A DNA stretch of 64,000 nt from Gammaproteobacteria bacterium (GTDB lineage Bacteria; Pseudomonadota; Gammaproteobacteria; JAJFKO01), in NCBI GenBank assembly GCA_028284465.1, contig JANQRR010000021.1:34876-98875 (forward strand). The letters are read 5' to 3'. The position numbers and the translations under genes were made by a program. Positions 1 to 11,900 of this stretch are shown in pieces. The first letter of the stretch is position 1. Each line of letters opens with the position of its first letter. The notes beneath the pieces are model-generated. The model saw only the letters and a list, made by a program, of their open reading frames with translations. It was not told the DNA's origin and searched no databases.

Positions 1-819
1 AAAGTACTGACACAATTAGTGGAATTCGGTGTTAAATTAGTTGCGTTGCGCTCAGCAGGATATAATCATGTAGATTTAGCTTGTGCAAAAAAACTTGGTT
101 TGAAGATTGTGCGCGTGCCTGCGTATTCACCATATGCTGTAGCAGAACATGCTGTCGGCTTAATTTTAGCATTAAATCGTAAAATTCACCGTGCTTATAA
201 TCGAGTGCGTGAACATGATTTTTCGCTGCATGGCTTAATGGGGTTTGATTTGCATCAAACCACAGTAGGGATTATTGGCACCGGTAACATCGGCAAGGTA
301 TTTGCCCGTATTATGCAGGGTTTTGGTTGTCATTTATTAGCTTATGATCCGCTTGTTAATCCTGAATGTACTAAGCTTGGCGTCGATTATGTCGAGTTGT
401 CTGAATTGTATCAGCGAGCAGATATTATTAGCCTCCATTGTCCTTTAACACCTGATACGTTTCACATGATTAATGCCCAAGCATTACAACAAATGAAACC
501 GGGCGTGATGATCATTAATACCAGTCGAGGTGCAGTTATTGATACTACTGCAGTTATTAAGGCACTAAAATCACAGCATATTGGTTACTTAGGGCTGGAT
601 GTTTATGAAGAAGAAGATGATTTATTTTTTGAAGATTTATCCGATAAAGTGATCCAAGATGATGTGTTTGCAAGGTTGCAGACATTTCCTAATGTTATTA
701 TTACTGGTCATCAAGGATTTTTCACTAAACAAGCTTTGCAAAATATTGCTTTAATAACGATAAAAAATCTTGATGCGTTTTGCAATGGTAAACTTGAGAA
801 TGAAGTTGTTGCTAAATAA
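1..819 (+). CDS. ldhA: D-lactate dehydrogenase (D-isomer-specific 2-hydroxyacid dehydrogenase), 5'-truncated by window edge
   Basis: Translation aligns along its length with the LdhA family ([31 protein letters not shown]-binding motif, VYEEE-DLFFED). The ORF is open to the window start. Confidence 0.85.
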   Translation, partial: KVLTQLVEFGVKLVALRSAGYNHVDLACAKKLGLKIVRVPAYSPYAVAEHAVGLILALNRKIHRAYNRVREHDFSLHGLMGFDLHQTTVGIIGTGNIGKVFARIMQGFGCHLLAYDPLVNPECTKLGVDYVELSELYQRADIISLHCPLTPDTFHMINAQALQQMKPGVMIINTSRGAVIDTTAVIKALKSQHIGYLGLDVYEEEDDLFFEDLSDKVIQDDVFARLQTFPNVIITGHQGFFTKQALQNIALITIKNLDAFCNGKLENEVVAK

Positions 820-835
820 TAGATAGGGGGTAGAT

Positions 836-1771
836 ATGGAGAAAATGGTTAATATCGATAAACAACAGTTATTAGATTTGTTGCGCCAGTATCGCCAGCT
901 TATTACTGAGCATCTTAATTTAACTAATGAAACCATTAAATTTTCAGAGCAAATTCAGCAATTGCTAATTGCACTAGAAAAATATGAAGATGATTTTGCA
1001 GCAAAATTACCGAATGAAGACATGAAATTTCGCGATTCTTTACGTCAACTTCACAAGATGTTGAAGGTATATTTTGCACCAAAGAAAGCTAAATTAGCCA
1101 AACATTTTCATAGCCTAACTCAGCAAGTACAGAATTCAATGGCATATGTACGCATATTGGATCACCATGTTGCTAAAGCTTCGCGTAATTTACAAATGAT
1201 AGATGAAGTTAATAAAGAACATGAGCTAATTAAAAAGAATTTATTAAAACTAGCGCGTGCAGAGCAAGCTGCGCGGGGAGGCTATAAATGCATAAAGCTA
1301 GAAATTAGAGAAGCTCATCAAATGATAGTTGAATTGCGCAATGAAATTTCATCGCCAGCTGAAACTAAAAAAAATGAATTAGTTGAAGAAGAAACTGGGG
1401 AACTAGCTTTGCAAAAAGAAGCAAAAAACAAGTTATTTGAACATATTATTAAACATTCGCCAGCAATGTTATCCACGGTCGAAAAAGCAGAAATTCAAGA
1501 TCATCTAATTAATTATCTAGAGCGGCTTGAATTACGACGAGAAGAGGCATATTTCAATGAAGAGGAACAGCATGATTTAATGCATATAGTCAATGAAAAT
1601 CAACGTAAAAGTAAAGCACTTCAATCACAGCTCAATGCGTGGCTAAAAAAACAACGAGAATTGGAATTGCAAATGCAAAAAGTCTATGCCCTAGATCTAG
1701 AGCAGCGTGCACATAAACACAAAGTTTTTAGCTTAAGCATGGAGCCACAAAAACCTTTTGAGATTTTTTGA
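836..1771 (+). CDS. hypothetical acidic coiled-coil protein (311 aa)
   Basis: Intact ORF with a strong SD (AGGGGGTAG) 5 nt before the ATG. It is E/K/L-rich with heptad-like periodicity and has no recognisable domain. Confidence 0.55.
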   Translation: MEKMVNIDKQQLLDLLRQYRQLITEHLNLTNETIKFSEQIQQLLIALEKYEDDFAAKLPNEDMKFRDSLRQLHKMLKVYFAPKKAKLAKHFHSLTQQVQNSMAYVRILDHHVAKASRNLQMIDEVNKEHELIKKNLLKLARAEQAARGGYKCIKLEIREAHQMIVELRNEISSPAETKKNELVEEETGELALQKEAKNKLFEHIIKHSPAMLSTVEKAEIQDHLINYLERLELRREEAYFNEEEQHDLMHIVNENQRKSKALQSQLNAWLKKQRELELQMQKVYALDLEQRAHKHKVFSLSMEPQKPFEIF

Positions 1772-1772
1772 T

Positions 1773-4700
1773 CTAATAAACAAATGTAACTTTATCCTCA
1801 CCTAAAGTTTGTTTTAGCTCGGTCAATACATTATCGTTTGGAATAATATTCCAAGCATTGTCGAGCTTTAAATTTGCTTTAGCATCTGGATGTTGATAAT
1901 GAATTTGCACAGGGCAATTGCCGCCTCGAAAAGGTTGCAGCGCGGTTTTAATCGTGTTTAACAATGTTTGATTAGTGTCGGTAGGCGTTAGCTCTAAGCG
2001 TAAGTATTTAGCGTAAATACTACGGGCTTGTTCGATTGTATAAATATTATTAGCACTTATGCGGTGGCCGCCAGAATAATCATCATAGCTTATTTCTCCT
2101 TCAGCAACCAATAAAGTATCTTTAACTAAAATTTCTCGGCATTTTTCATAGGTTTCAGAAAACACAGCCAATTCGATTCTGCGAGTTTGATCATCTAGGG
2201 TAACAAATGCCATACGTTTACCGCGTTTGGTCATCATAGTGCGTATACCAATCACTAAACCAGCAATCGTTACTGTTTGACTATCTCGCGGATTTAATTC
2301 AGCAAATTTTGCAGTGGTAAAATATGAGAGTTCATCAGTGTATCTATCAATAGGGTGTCCTGTAAGATAAATCCCTAACGTGGATTTTTCACCGGCTAAA
2401 CGTTCTGCATCACTCCAAGCTGGGCAAGTTATTAATTGTTGCGCCTCATTTGGTTTTGTAGTTTGCTGCTCACCAAACATATCGTTTTGGCCACAAAGTT
2501 GATTCTGCAAGTGTTGTTCAGCGGCCTTGATGGCCTGTTCAAGTGATTGCATAAGTGCTGCGCGATGGCTGCCGAAATTATCCATCGCTCCTGATCGAAT
2601 GAGTGCTTCAATTACGCGACGATTGACTTTACGCAAATCAACTCGCTGGCAAAAATCAAATAAATCAGTAAATTTTCCAGTTTGCTTGCGCGCGGCAATA
2701 ATACTTTCTAAAGCTGCTTCACCAGCACCTTTAATGGCGCCTAAGCCATAGATAATGCGTTTTTGTTCATCTACGGTAAAAGAATATTCGCCAACGTTAA
2801 CATCCGGCGGTAGTACATCGAGTTTCAATTGTTTACAATCATCAATAAAGTTAACAACTTTGTCAGTGTTATCCATATCAGATGATAATACTGCTGCCAT
2901 AAATGCTTGCGGATAATGAGTTTTTAACCAGGCAGTTTGATACGCTAATAATGCATAAGCTGCTGAATGTGATTTATTAAAACCATAGCCTGCGAATTTT
3001 TCTACTAAATCAAAAATATAATTAGCAACAGGCTCTTCAACGCCGCGTTCTTTAGCGCCACTAATAAAGGTATGGCGCTGTTTTGCCATTTCTTCAGTTT
3101 TTTTCTTACCCATAGCACGCCGTAATAAGTCAGCGCCACCAAGACTATAGCCTGATAACACTTGCGCAATTTGCATCACTTGCTCTTGATAAAGGATAAT
3201 GCCATACGTTGGATGGAGAATGTGTTCAAGTGAAGGATGTAAATGTTCGACTTGCGCACGACCATGTTTACGATTAATAAAGTCATCTACCATGCCGGAT
3301 TGCAACGGCCCAGGGCGAAATAATGCAACTAGAGCAATAATATCTTCGAAGCAATCAGGTTGAAGACGCTTAATTAAATCTTTAATGCCGCGTGACTCTA
3401 ATTGAAATACTGCTGTTGTTGCGCAAGCTTTTAATAAGGTAAATGTTTGTGGATCATCTAATGGGATCTGTGAAATATCTAACGGTGTTTCATTATTGTT
3501 AGCACGAGTCGCATTAATGGTTTGCACTGCCCAATCAATGATTGTTAAAGTACGCAAGCCTAAAAAATCAAACTTAACTAAGCCCACGGCTTCAACATCA
3601 TCTTTATCAAATTGAGTGACAATATTATCACTGTCTTGTTCGCAGTATAAAGGTGCGAAGTCGGTTAAAGCGGAAGGAGCGATCACGACTCCGCCTGCAT
3701 GTTTGCCAGCATTGCGTGTAATGCCTTCAAGTTTGCGCGCAAGATCTAATAATGTTTTAACTTCTTCTTCTTTTTTGTAGCGTTCTTTTAAAAGTTCATC
3801 TTGCTCTAATGCTTTATCAAGCGTGATCCCTAATTCGAATGGAATTAACTTTGCAATTTTATCAACGAAGCCATAAGGTTGCCCGAGAACACGGCCAACA
3901 TCACGCACGACGGCACGTGCTGCCATACTACCGTAAGTAATAATTTGTGAAACGCTGTCACGACCGTATTTTTCAGCAACATACTCAATGACTTGATCAC
4001 GTTTTTCCATACAAAAGTCGATATCAAAGTCTGGCATGGATACGCGTTCAGGATTTAAAAAGCGCTCAAATAGTAAATCATATTCTAAAGGATCTAGATC
4101 AGTAATTTTTAACGCATAAGCAACTAAGGAGCCAGCGCCGGAGCCACGCCCTGGGCCTACAGGGATCTGCTGTGCTTTCGCCCATTGAATAAAATCGGCG
4201 ACAATTAAAAAATACCCAGGATAGCCCATTGAATTAATCACTTTAAGTTCAGTTTGCAAACGTTCATCATAGATTTGGCGTTTGCTTTGACGCTCATCGG
4301 GATCAGTAAAAATAATCTGTAAGCGTTCTTCTAAACCTTGTTGTGATTTTTCTGCAAGAAATTGCTCGATAGTTAAATTATTTGGGACTGGGAAATTTGG
4401 TAAGCAAACCTGCTCTAAATTTAAAGTTAAATTGCAGCGTTTAGCAATTTCTACAGAATTAGTTAACGCTTCAGGAATATCAGCAAATAGTCTTGCCATT
4501 TCTTCGGGAGTACGCAAATATTGTTGTTTGCTATAGCGCTTTATTCGTCTTTTATCATTTAGTAAAAAGCCATCATGAATGCACACGCGAGCTTCATGTG
4601 CTTCAAAGTCTTCGGTTTGGAGAAAGCGTACATCGTTAGTCGCAACCACAGGAATATGTTGTTGATGAGCTAGGTTTAAAGCAGCGCTGATATAGTTTTC

Positions 4701-5234
4701 TTCATTGTCTCGGCCAGTGCGCTGTAACTCCAGGTAAAAACGTTGTGGAAATAAAGCTGACCAATGCTGTAATAATTGTTGTGCTTGTTGATGATTGTCA
4801 TGTAATAACGCTTGGCCTATATCACCTTCACGGCCACCGGATAAAGCAATAAGACCAGCGACCGAATCTGGCGTTAACCAAGTTGCTTGCACCATAGCAA
4901 TATCATTAACTTGGCCTTCGATATAGGCTTTAGAGACTAAACGGGTTAAGCTGCGATAACCTATTTCGTTTTGGCAAAGTAAGGTAAAACGATAAGGATG
5001 TTTCGGATCTTGATCGTTATGTAATAACAGATCGGTGCCTAAGATGGGTTTTATGCCAGCATTAATGGCGGCACGATAAAATTTTACTGCGGCAAATAAA
5101 TTGCATTGATCAGTTAAAGCAACTGCAGGCATTTGTGCATCAGCAACAGCGTTAACAAATGGCTTGATCCGTAAAATGCCATCAACTAACGAATATTCAC
5201 TGTGTGTACGTAGGTGAATAAAGTTTGGTTCCAT
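1773..5234 (-). CDS. dnaE: DNA polymerase III alpha subunit
   Basis: MEPNFIHLRTHSEYSLVDG matches the DnaE N-terminus (PHP domain), and the rest shows full-length pol III alpha similarity. I place the start at the Met of MEPNF (ATG at 5232-5234). The longer ORF to 5324 only reads through the upstream repeat element. Confidence 0.93.
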   Translation of the reverse strand: MEPNFIHLRTHSEYSLVDGILRIKPFVNAVADAQMPAVALTDQCNLFAAVKFYRAAINAGIKPILGTDLLLHNDQDPKHPYRFTLLCQNEIGYRSLTRLVSKAYIEGQVNDIAMVQATWLTPDSVAGLIALSGGREGDIGQALLHDNHQQAQQLLQHWSALFPQRFYLELQRTGRDNEENYISAALNLAHQQHIPVVATNDVRFLQTEDFEAHEARVCIHDGFLLNDKRRIKRYSKQQYLRTPEEMARLFADIPEALTNSVEIAKRCNLTLNLEQVCLPNFPVPNNLTIEQFLAEKSQQGLEERLQIIFTDPDERQSKRQIYDERLQTELKVINSMGYPGYFLIVADFIQWAKAQQIPVGPGRGSGAGSLVAYALKITDLDPLEYDLLFERFLNPERVSMPDFDIDFCMEKRDQVIEYVAEKYGRDSVSQIITYGSMAARAVVRDVGRVLGQPYGFVDKIAKLIPFELGITLDKALEQDELLKERYKKEEEVKTLLDLARKLEGITRNAGKHAGGVVIAPSALTDFAPLYCEQDSDNIVTQFDKDDVEAVGLVKFDFLGLRTLTIIDWAVQTINATRANNNETPLDISQIPLDDPQTFTLLKACATTAVFQLESRGIKDLIKRLQPDCFEDIIALVALFRPGPLQSGMVDDFINRKHGRAQVEHLHPSLEHILHPTYGIILYQEQVMQIAQVLSGYSLGGADLLRRAMGKKKTEEMAKQRHTFISGAKERGVEEPVANYIFDLVEKFAGYGFNKSHSAAYALLAYQTAWLKTHYPQAFMAAVLSSDMDNTDKVVNFIDDCKQLKLDVLPPDVNVGEYSFTVDEQKRIIYGLGAIKGAGEAALESIIAARKQTGKFTDLFDFCQRVDLRKVNRRVIEALIRSGAMDNFGSHRAALMQSLEQAIKAAEQHLQNQLCGQNDMFGEQQTTKPNEAQQLITCPAWSDAERLAGEKSTLGIYLTGHPIDRYTDELSYFTTAKFAELNPRDSQTVTIAGLVIGIRTMMTKRGKRMAFVTLDDQTRRIELAVFSETYEKCREILVKDTLLVAEGEISYDDYSGGHRISANNIYTIEQARSIYAKYLRLELTPTDTNQTLLNTIKTALQPFRGGNCPVQIHYQHPDAKANLKLDNAWNIIPNDNVLTELKQTLGEDKVTFVY

Positions 5235-5260
5235 GTGTTTTTTCCCGGTAACTTCATGTC

Positions 5261-5390
5261 TCGTCATCCCGATGACTCGAAGGAAACGAATACCATCATT
5301 GCGAAGAACTTTGTTCCGAAGCAATCCAGGATTTAACTTAGAAGTTTTCTGGATTGCTTCGTCATTGCACTCCTCGCAATGACGGACAGT
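5261..5390. repeat. palindromic intergenic repeat element, copy A (inverted pair of GTCATTGCGA(G/A)GA...CGAAGCAATCCAGA units)
   Basis: Left arm is cattgcgaagaactttgttccgaagcaatccagga. Right arm is tctggattgcttcgtcattgcactcctcgcaatgacgg, the reverse-complement unit. The element fills the tdh-stop to dnaE-start gap. Confidence 0.8.
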
Positions 5391-6416
5391 CTATTGCCAA
5401 TCCAAAATAACTTTACCTGATTTGCCTGAGCGCATTATAGCAAATGCTTGTTTATAATCATCTATTGGAAATGTATGCGTGATCACAGGACTAATATCTA
5501 AGCCACTTTGGATCATGCTGGCCATCTTGTACCAAGTCTCATACATTTCCCGGCCATATATTCCTTTAATAAACAAACCTTTCATGATCACTTGATTCCA
5601 ATCAATAGTGGTTTCTGCTGGCAAGAATCCAAGTAACGCGATATGGCCACCATGGATCATAGTTTCAATCATAGTATTAATCGCATTTGAGCTGCCTGAC
5701 ATTTCTAAGCCAACATCAAAACCCTCTTTGATCTTTAATTCTTTCATAACGGCGTTAATGTCAGTATTATTTACATTGATTGCACGGGTGGCACCAATTT
5801 TTTTTGCTAGAGATAACCGATAATCGTTAATGTCAGTAATCACTACATTACGTGCACCAACATGCTTAGCAATGGCTACTGCCATAATGCCAACTGGACC
5901 TGCGCCAGTAATTAATACATCTTCACCAACTAAATCAAAGGATAATGCGGTATGAGTAGCATTGCCTAACGGATCAAGAATAGCTGCTGTATCATCATTA
6001 ATTTCATCAGGTAGCAAAAACGCATTGAATGCTGGTAATTTGAGATATTCTGCGAAAGCGCCTGTACGCGTTACTCCAATACTTTGCGTGTTACGACATA
6101 AATGACGTTTGCCTGCACGGCAATTACGACAAAAGTGACAATTAATATGACCTTCACCTGAAACGCGATCACCAATGTTAAAACCTTTAACTTCATCACC
6201 CATCGCTTCAACGGTACCAACGAATTCGTGTCCTGTCGTCATTGGCACAGGGATGGTAGCTTGTGCCCATTCATCCCAATTAAAAATGTGGACATCAGTG
6301 CCACAGATAGCGGTTTTATGTATTTTAACTAATAGATCGTAGGGGCCAATTTCGGGGGCCGGTGCATCATACAAGCTGATCCCCATTTTTTTTTCAAGTT
6401 TACCTAAGGCTTTCAT
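5391..6416 (-). CDS. tdh: L-threonine 3-dehydrogenase
   Basis: [10 protein letters not shown]...[17 protein letters not shown] matches the Tdh N-terminus and Zn-ADH fold. I place the start at Met14 of the track ORF (ATG 6414-6416), 4 nt after the kbl stop, with a GGGAG SD upstream. Confidence 0.9.
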   Translation of the reverse strand: MKALGKLEKKMGISLYDAPAPEIGPYDLLVKIHKTAICGTDVHIFNWDEWAQATIPVPMTTGHEFVGTVEAMGDEVKGFNIGDRVSGEGHINCHFCRNCRAGKRHLCRNTQSIGVTRTGAFAEYLKLPAFNAFLLPDEINDDTAAILDPLGNATHTALSFDLVGEDVLITGAGPVGIMAVAIAKHVGARNVVITDINDYRLSLAKKIGATRAINVNNTDINAVMKELKIKEGFDVGLEMSGSSNAINTMIETMIHGGHIALLGFLPAETTIDWNQVIMKGLFIKGIYGREMYETWYKMASMIQSGLDISPVITHTFPIDDYKQAFAIMRSGKSGKVILDWQ

Positions 6417-6420
6417 TAAA

Positions 6421-7608
6421 TTAGATAACTCCCAACTCACGACCAACTTTAGCAAATGCTGCTATAGCACGATCTAAATGTTGTTGTTCATGGGCAGCGG
6501 ACAACTGAACGCGGATCCTTGCTTGGTCTTTCGGTACCACTGGGTATGAAAAACCAATTACATAAATCCCTTCTTGCAGTAAATGATCGGCCATGACCGT
6601 TGCTAATTTCGCATCACCTAGCATTACGGGAATGATGGGGTGTTCACCTGGAATTAAATTGAAGCCAAGTTCGGTCATGCCTTTACGAAAATATTCACTA
6701 TTATAACGTAACTTCACTCGCAATTCATCAGAACCTTCTAATAAATCTAACACTTTTAATGATGTTGCGGTGATAACAGGTGCTAACGCATTGGAAAACA
6801 AATACGGTCGTGAACGTTGTCGCAGCCATTCGACAATTTCTTTACGGCCACTAGTATAACCGCCAGATGCACCACCAAGTGCTTTGCCTAATGTTCCCGT
6901 GATGATATCAACACGATCCATCACTCCACAATGTTCATGTGTACCTCGGCCTTTTTCGCCGACAAAACCTACTGCATGTGAATCATCAAACATTACTAAT
7001 GCATCGTATTTTTCAGCTAGATCACACACGCCTTTTAAATTCGCAATGATCCCATCCATTGAAAATACCCCATCGGTTGCAATGAGTTTAAAGCGACAGT
7101 CTTTGGCTTCTTGTAGTTTACGCTCTAAGTCAGCCATATCATTATTGGCGTAACGCAAACGTTTGGCTTTACATAAACGAATACCATCAATGATGCTGGC
7201 ATGATTTAAAGAGTCACTGATCACGGCATCTTGATCTGTTAATAACGTTTCAAATAAACCGCCATTAGCATCGAAACATGAAGAGTATAAAATCGTATCT
7301 TCCATTCCTAAGAATTGACTTAAGCGTTGTTCTAATTCTTTATGAGTATCCAATGTGCCGCAGATAAAACGTACTGAAGACATGCCATAACCACGTTCAT
7401 CGAGTGCATGTTTAGCGGCAGCGACAAGTTCAGGATGATTAGACAATCCTAAATAATTATTAGCACAAAAATTTATAACGTCTTCGCCACTGCGAACGTG
7501 AATTGATGCATTTTGTGGTGAGGTGATGATCCGCTCAGCTTTGTACAAGCCGGATTGTTTCAATTCTTCGGTTTCTTTAGCTAAATGATCTAGCAATGCA
7601 CTACGCAT
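6421..7608 (-). CDS. kbl: 2-amino-3-ketobutyrate CoA ligase (glycine C-acetyltransferase)
   Basis: PLP-dependent class II aminotransferase fold, Kbl-like along its full length. It forms the classic kbl-tdh operon arrangement. Confidence 0.9.
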   Translation of the reverse strand: MRSALLDHLAKETEELKQSGLYKAERIITSPQNASIHVRSGEDVINFCANNYLGLSNHPELVAAAKHALDERGYGMSSVRFICGTLDTHKELEQRLSQFLGMEDTILYSSCFDANGGLFETLLTDQDAVISDSLNHASIIDGIRLCKAKRLRYANNDMADLERKLQEAKDCRFKLIATDGVFSMDGIIANLKGVCDLAEKYDALVMFDDSHAVGFVGEKGRGTHEHCGVMDRVDIITGTLGKALGGASGGYTSGRKEIVEWLRQRSRPYLFSNALAPVITATSLKVLDLLEGSDELRVKLRYNSEYFRKGMTELGFNLIPGEHPIIPVMLGDAKLATVMADHLLQEGIYVIGFSYPVVPKDQARIRVQLSAAHEQQHLDRAIAAFAKVGRELGVI

Positions 7609-7784
7609 GATTTTCTCCTGCAGTTTAGTAATATCTAAAGGATGGGGTGGCAGAAGGATATGCTAATTTGCATCAAGTTACAAGGATAAAGTGTGAATAA
7701 TGATATAATGAAAAAATTAAGTTACCTTTTTGATATATTTTTTAAAAATTGTCGTTTGTAGTAGCCTATTAATTCGAGTTATGC

Positions 7785-7812
7785 TGGATCCCGCGGTCAA
7801 GCCACGGGATGA
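7785..7812. repeat. module-2 hairpin of the repeat family (ggatcccgcggtcaagccacgggatga), solo copy D
   Basis: Same 9-bp stem and 5-nt loop hairpin as at 40767-40796 and 53134-53160. It has one stem substitution (cgcgg to ccacg). Confidence 0.7.
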
Positions 7813-7861
7813 GTACCTAGTTGGGTAAATAGATGACAGATTGCCAATATGGAAGTGAGCA

Positions 7862-8974
7862 GTGATGAAACAACTTAAGCGAATAATTATTAATTCTAAC
7901 CTTATTAAAATCTTATGCATCATTGTCTTATGTTTGTCATTAGGGGCTTGCAGTGGCGATAAAACCGATCAAAGTGCGCAAGTGATCCGGCCAGTAAAAA
8001 CTATGGTCATTGGTGATCCGACAGCGAGGTTATCGCGATCATTTCCTGGCAAAGTTAAAGCGACTAAAGAAGCGGTGTTGGCTTTTCGAGTCCCAGGGCA
8101 ATTAATTGAGTTGCCAATATTAGAAGGACAAAAAGTTAAAAAAGGACAGCTTTTAGCGCGTCTAGATCCAGCACCTTACCAGGATAAAGTCAACGAAACA
8201 AAAGCTAAATATGTATTGGCGAAAGCTGAGCTGGAACGCTATGCAAAACTATTGCCGCAAGGTCACGTGACACGCTCTGCCTATGATATTAAAAAAGCGA
8301 ATTATGGTGTTGATAAAGCTAATTATGAAAATGCAGTGCGTGATCTAAGTTATACGTATTTAAAAGCAGCGTTTGCTGGTTTAGTAGCGAAAAAATTTGT
8401 TGATAATTTTGAATATGTTAGAGCAAAGCAACCTATCTTAAGTTTACAAGATATCTCATATATCGATATCACGGTTGATATTCCTGAAAGTGTAATGGTT
8501 TATGTACGTGATGAAGGTGATGAAGATACGTCGAATATACGAGTTGAGTTTGAATCTGTGCCCAATCGTTCTTTCCCTGTCACCTATAAAGAGCATGCAA
8601 CTGCAGCTGATCCTGATACCCAAACTTATCGCGTGGTAATGAAAATGCCAGCTCCTAAAGGCATTAATATTCTGCCGGGTATGACGGCAACACTCAAAGT
8701 CAATATGGCAAGTATTCAAAGTAAAGATTTATTTTTAATTCCATCAAGTGCAGTTTTTACTGATGAAGATGCTAGGCAGTATGTATGGCTTATTGATCCT
8801 AAAACCATGCAACTTAAAAAGCGCCAAATTAAAACTCGCGGCTTAACCGGTGATCAGATCGAAGTAACGCAAGGTTTAAAAATTGGTGATCGCATTGTTA
8901 CCGCTGGCGTGCACTTTTTACGAGAAGGCATGACTGTGCGCATTGCAGATACTAAAAACCCAAAAGGTAATTAA
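7862..8974 (+). CDS. RND efflux periplasmic adaptor (membrane fusion protein), lipoprotein
   Basis: Signal peptide with lipobox LSLGAC. The HlyD/AcrA-like beta-barrel and lipoyl motifs are present. It sits immediately upstream of the RND permease. Confidence 0.85.
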   Translation: MMKQLKRIIINSNLIKILCIIVLCLSLGACSGDKTDQSAQVIRPVKTMVIGDPTARLSRSFPGKVKATKEAVLAFRVPGQLIELPILEGQKVKKGQLLARLDPAPYQDKVNETKAKYVLAKAELERYAKLLPQGHVTRSAYDIKKANYGVDKANYENAVRDLSYTYLKAAFAGLVAKKFVDNFEYVRAKQPILSLQDISYIDITVDIPESVMVYVRDEGDEDTSNIRVEFESVPNRSFPVTYKEHATAADPDTQTYRVVMKMPAPKGINILPGMTATLKVNMASIQSKDLFLIPSSAVFTDEDARQYVWLIDPKTMQLKKRQIKTRGLTGDQIEVTQGLKIGDRIVTAGVHFLREGMTVRIADTKNPKGN

Positions 8975-8984
8975 GAACTTTACG

Positions 8985-11900
8985 ATGAATATTGCGCAAT
9001 ATTCCATAAAACATAAAGTTATTACTTGGATGTTGGTGATCATTTTGATCGGCGGTGGAATTTTTGCGTTTGAATATTTAGGGCGTTTAGAAGATCCAGA
9101 ATTTACAATTAAAGAAGCTATGATCTTTACTTCATATTCAGGAGCCACGGCCCAAGAAGTGGAAACGGAAGTCACTGAGCATATTGAACGAGCAGTACAG
9201 CAATTACCGCAATTAAAACGTGTCACCTCAATTTCTAAGCCCGGGATGTCAGAAGTCACAGCAGTGATCAAAGACAAATACACCAAAAAAGATTTGCCAC
9301 AAATATGGGATGAATTGCGTCGTAAGATCACCGATGTACAAAGTAAATTGCCGCCAGGTGCCGGACCTTCAACTGTATATGATGATTATGGTGAAGTATT
9401 TGGGATGTATTTTGCTTTAACTGGAGAAGGCTTTAGTTATAAAGAATTAAAAGATTATGCAGATATTATTAAGCGCGAGTTATTGTTAGTTAAAGGTGTG
9501 GGTAAAGTAGAATTAAGCGCAAACCGACAACAAGCTGTGTTTGTTGAAATTTCCGATGCGCGTTTATCACAATTAGGGATCTCACCAGACAGTATCGCAA
9601 AAACATTAAAATCACAGAATTTCGTCACTTATTCTGGTGAAGTTAAAGTTGGCGATGAATACATACTTATTAATCCGACAGGAACATTTTCTGATGTTAA
9701 ACAAATTGGCAATATCTTAGTTAGTGGTAGCGAATCTAAGCGCTTAGTACATTTAGATGATGTCGCTAAAATTGTACGAGGTTACATCGAAGTACCAGAG
9801 CATTTAATGCGGTTTAATAATCAACCTGCAATTGGTATTGGTATTTCAATTGTATCCGGTGGTAATGTTGTAAAAATCGGTGAAGATATTGCAGAGAAAG
9901 TCAAATCATTGCAGGGGATATTGCCCGTAGGCTTAAAGCTAAACCCAGTCTATCTACAACCAATTGTGGTTAATGAAGCGATCAACGGCTTTTTAATTAG
10001 TTTATTAGAAGCCTTAGCGATTGTTGTCGTTGTATTGTTACTTTTTATGGGATTGCGAGTCGGAATTTTAATTGGCGCTATTTTATTATTAACGGTGCTT
10101 GGTACCTTTATTTTTATGTATATATTTGGCATCGATTTACAACGGATCTCGCTTGGCGCGTTAATCATTGCATTAGGGATGTTAGTCGATAATGCTATCG
10201 TTGTTACTGAAGGTATTTTAGTACGTATTCAAAAAGGTGAAGATGGTACCCAAGCATCGAGTAAAGTAGTTAAGCAGACCATGTGGCCGTTATTTGGGGC
10301 AACGGCAGTTGGTATATTAGCATTTGCCGCTATTGGTTTATCACCAGATTCCACAGGCGAATATACTCGCTCACTATTTCAAGTGATTTTAATCTCATTG
10401 ATGCTTAGTTGGTTTTTAGCGATCACGGTATCGCCAATGTTATGTGTTTTATTTATTAAACCTAAGCCAGGCAAGTTAGTTGCCGATCCGTATCAAGGGT
10501 GGTTTTATCGGATTTATCGACGGTTTTTATTAATGTGTATTCGTGCGCGTTGGTTAACTATTACTGCAATGTTAGGGTTATTAGCATTATCAATTTTTGG
10601 TTTTGGTTTCGTCAAGCAAAGTTTTTTCCCCAATTCAACCACACCGGTATTTTTATTAGATTATTGGCGAGCCCAAGGTACTGATATCCGTGAAACTGAG
10701 CAAGATACTAAAAAGCTGGTTAAATACGTTATGACACTTAAAGATGTGGAATCGGTAACTTCAGAAATTGGCCAAGGCGCACAACGATTTATGTTAGTCT
10801 ACACGCCAGAGAAACCTAACAGCAGTTATTCACAGTTAGTGATTCGGGTAAAAGATTATCGTGACATTGATCACGTTGAAAAGAAAATTGCGCAATATTT
10901 AAAAGAGAATTTTCCGAATTCAGAACCTAAGTTTAAACGTATACGTTTAGGCCCAGGCAAAGATGCAAAGATTGAAGCACGTTTTAGCGGATCTAATCCG
11001 ACGATTTTGCGTAAATTATCTAATGAAGCGCAAGCAATCATGCATCAAAATCCTAATGCTATTAACATTCGTGATGATTGGCGCCAACAAGTTAAAGTAT
11101 TACAACCGATTTATTCTGAAGCACAAGCACGTGTCACTGGGATCACGCGCCCAGATCTCGCACAATCTTTAGCAAAAGCATTTACTGGCATTCAAGTGGG
11201 TTTGTACCGAGAGGGTGATACGTTATTGCCAATTATTATGCGACCACCGGAAAATGAAAGATTAAATGTAGGCACTATTTATAATTTACAAATTTGGAGC
11301 CCAAATCTTAAAAAGTTTGTACCCATAGGGCAAGTGGTTTCAGGATTTAAAACGACTTGGAGCAATGATCGTATTGCTCGCAGAAACCGTCGCCGGACGG
11401 TTACTGCATCAACCGATCCAAAAACAGGCCCGGCTAGTGAATTGCTAAAGCAACTACGTCCGAAGATCGAAGCGCTTAAATTACCAACGGGTTATAAACT
11501 TGAATGGGGTGGTGAATATGAAGATTCATATGATGCACAAGTAGCGTTATACAAACAATTGCCTGTGGGAATTCTAGCAATGATCATCATTGTCGTGTTG
11601 TTATTTTCTAAAGTTCGCCAACCATTGATTATTTGGTTGTGTGTGCCGTTAGCATTTATTGGTGTCACCGCAGGATTATTGATAACCAATAATGAATTTG
11701 GTTTTATGGCATTATTAGGTTTCTTGAGTTTGATAGGAATGTTGATCAAAAATGCGATTGTATTAATCGATCAAATTGATTTAGAAATTGATACAGGCAA
11801 AGATCCGTTTCAAGCTATTATTGATTCAGCCGTAAGCCGCGTACGGCCAGTATCGCTTGCAGCAATTACCACGGTATTAGGAATGATCCCATTATTATTT

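Noticed and set aside
2527-2751. 74-aa ORF antisense within dnaE
   Set aside because: It is entirely embedded in a well-supported long CDS on the opposite strand, with no SD or homology. The same reasoning applies to 3845..4027, 5608..5823, 6884..7153, 8456..8719, 9950..10168, 11492..11749, 16046..16396, 16697..16897, 16746..16967, 17129..17440, 24314..24496, 25370..25879, 36663..36872, 38449..38736, 42355..42571, 46423..46608, 46795..47118, 52068..52298, 52443..52946, 52568..52903, 53851..54048, 54526..54780, 56173..56355, 57420..57635, 59019..59243, 59945..60295, 62096..62332 and 63051..63410.
5235-5324. N-terminal 30-codon extension of dnaE in the longest-ORF call
   Set aside because: The conserved DnaE N-terminus starts at MEPNF, and the extension reads through repeat copy A.
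6417-6455. 13-codon N-terminal extension of tdh overlapping kbl
   Set aside because: Ortholog alignment supports the start at MKALGKL. The extension would overlap the kbl 3' end.
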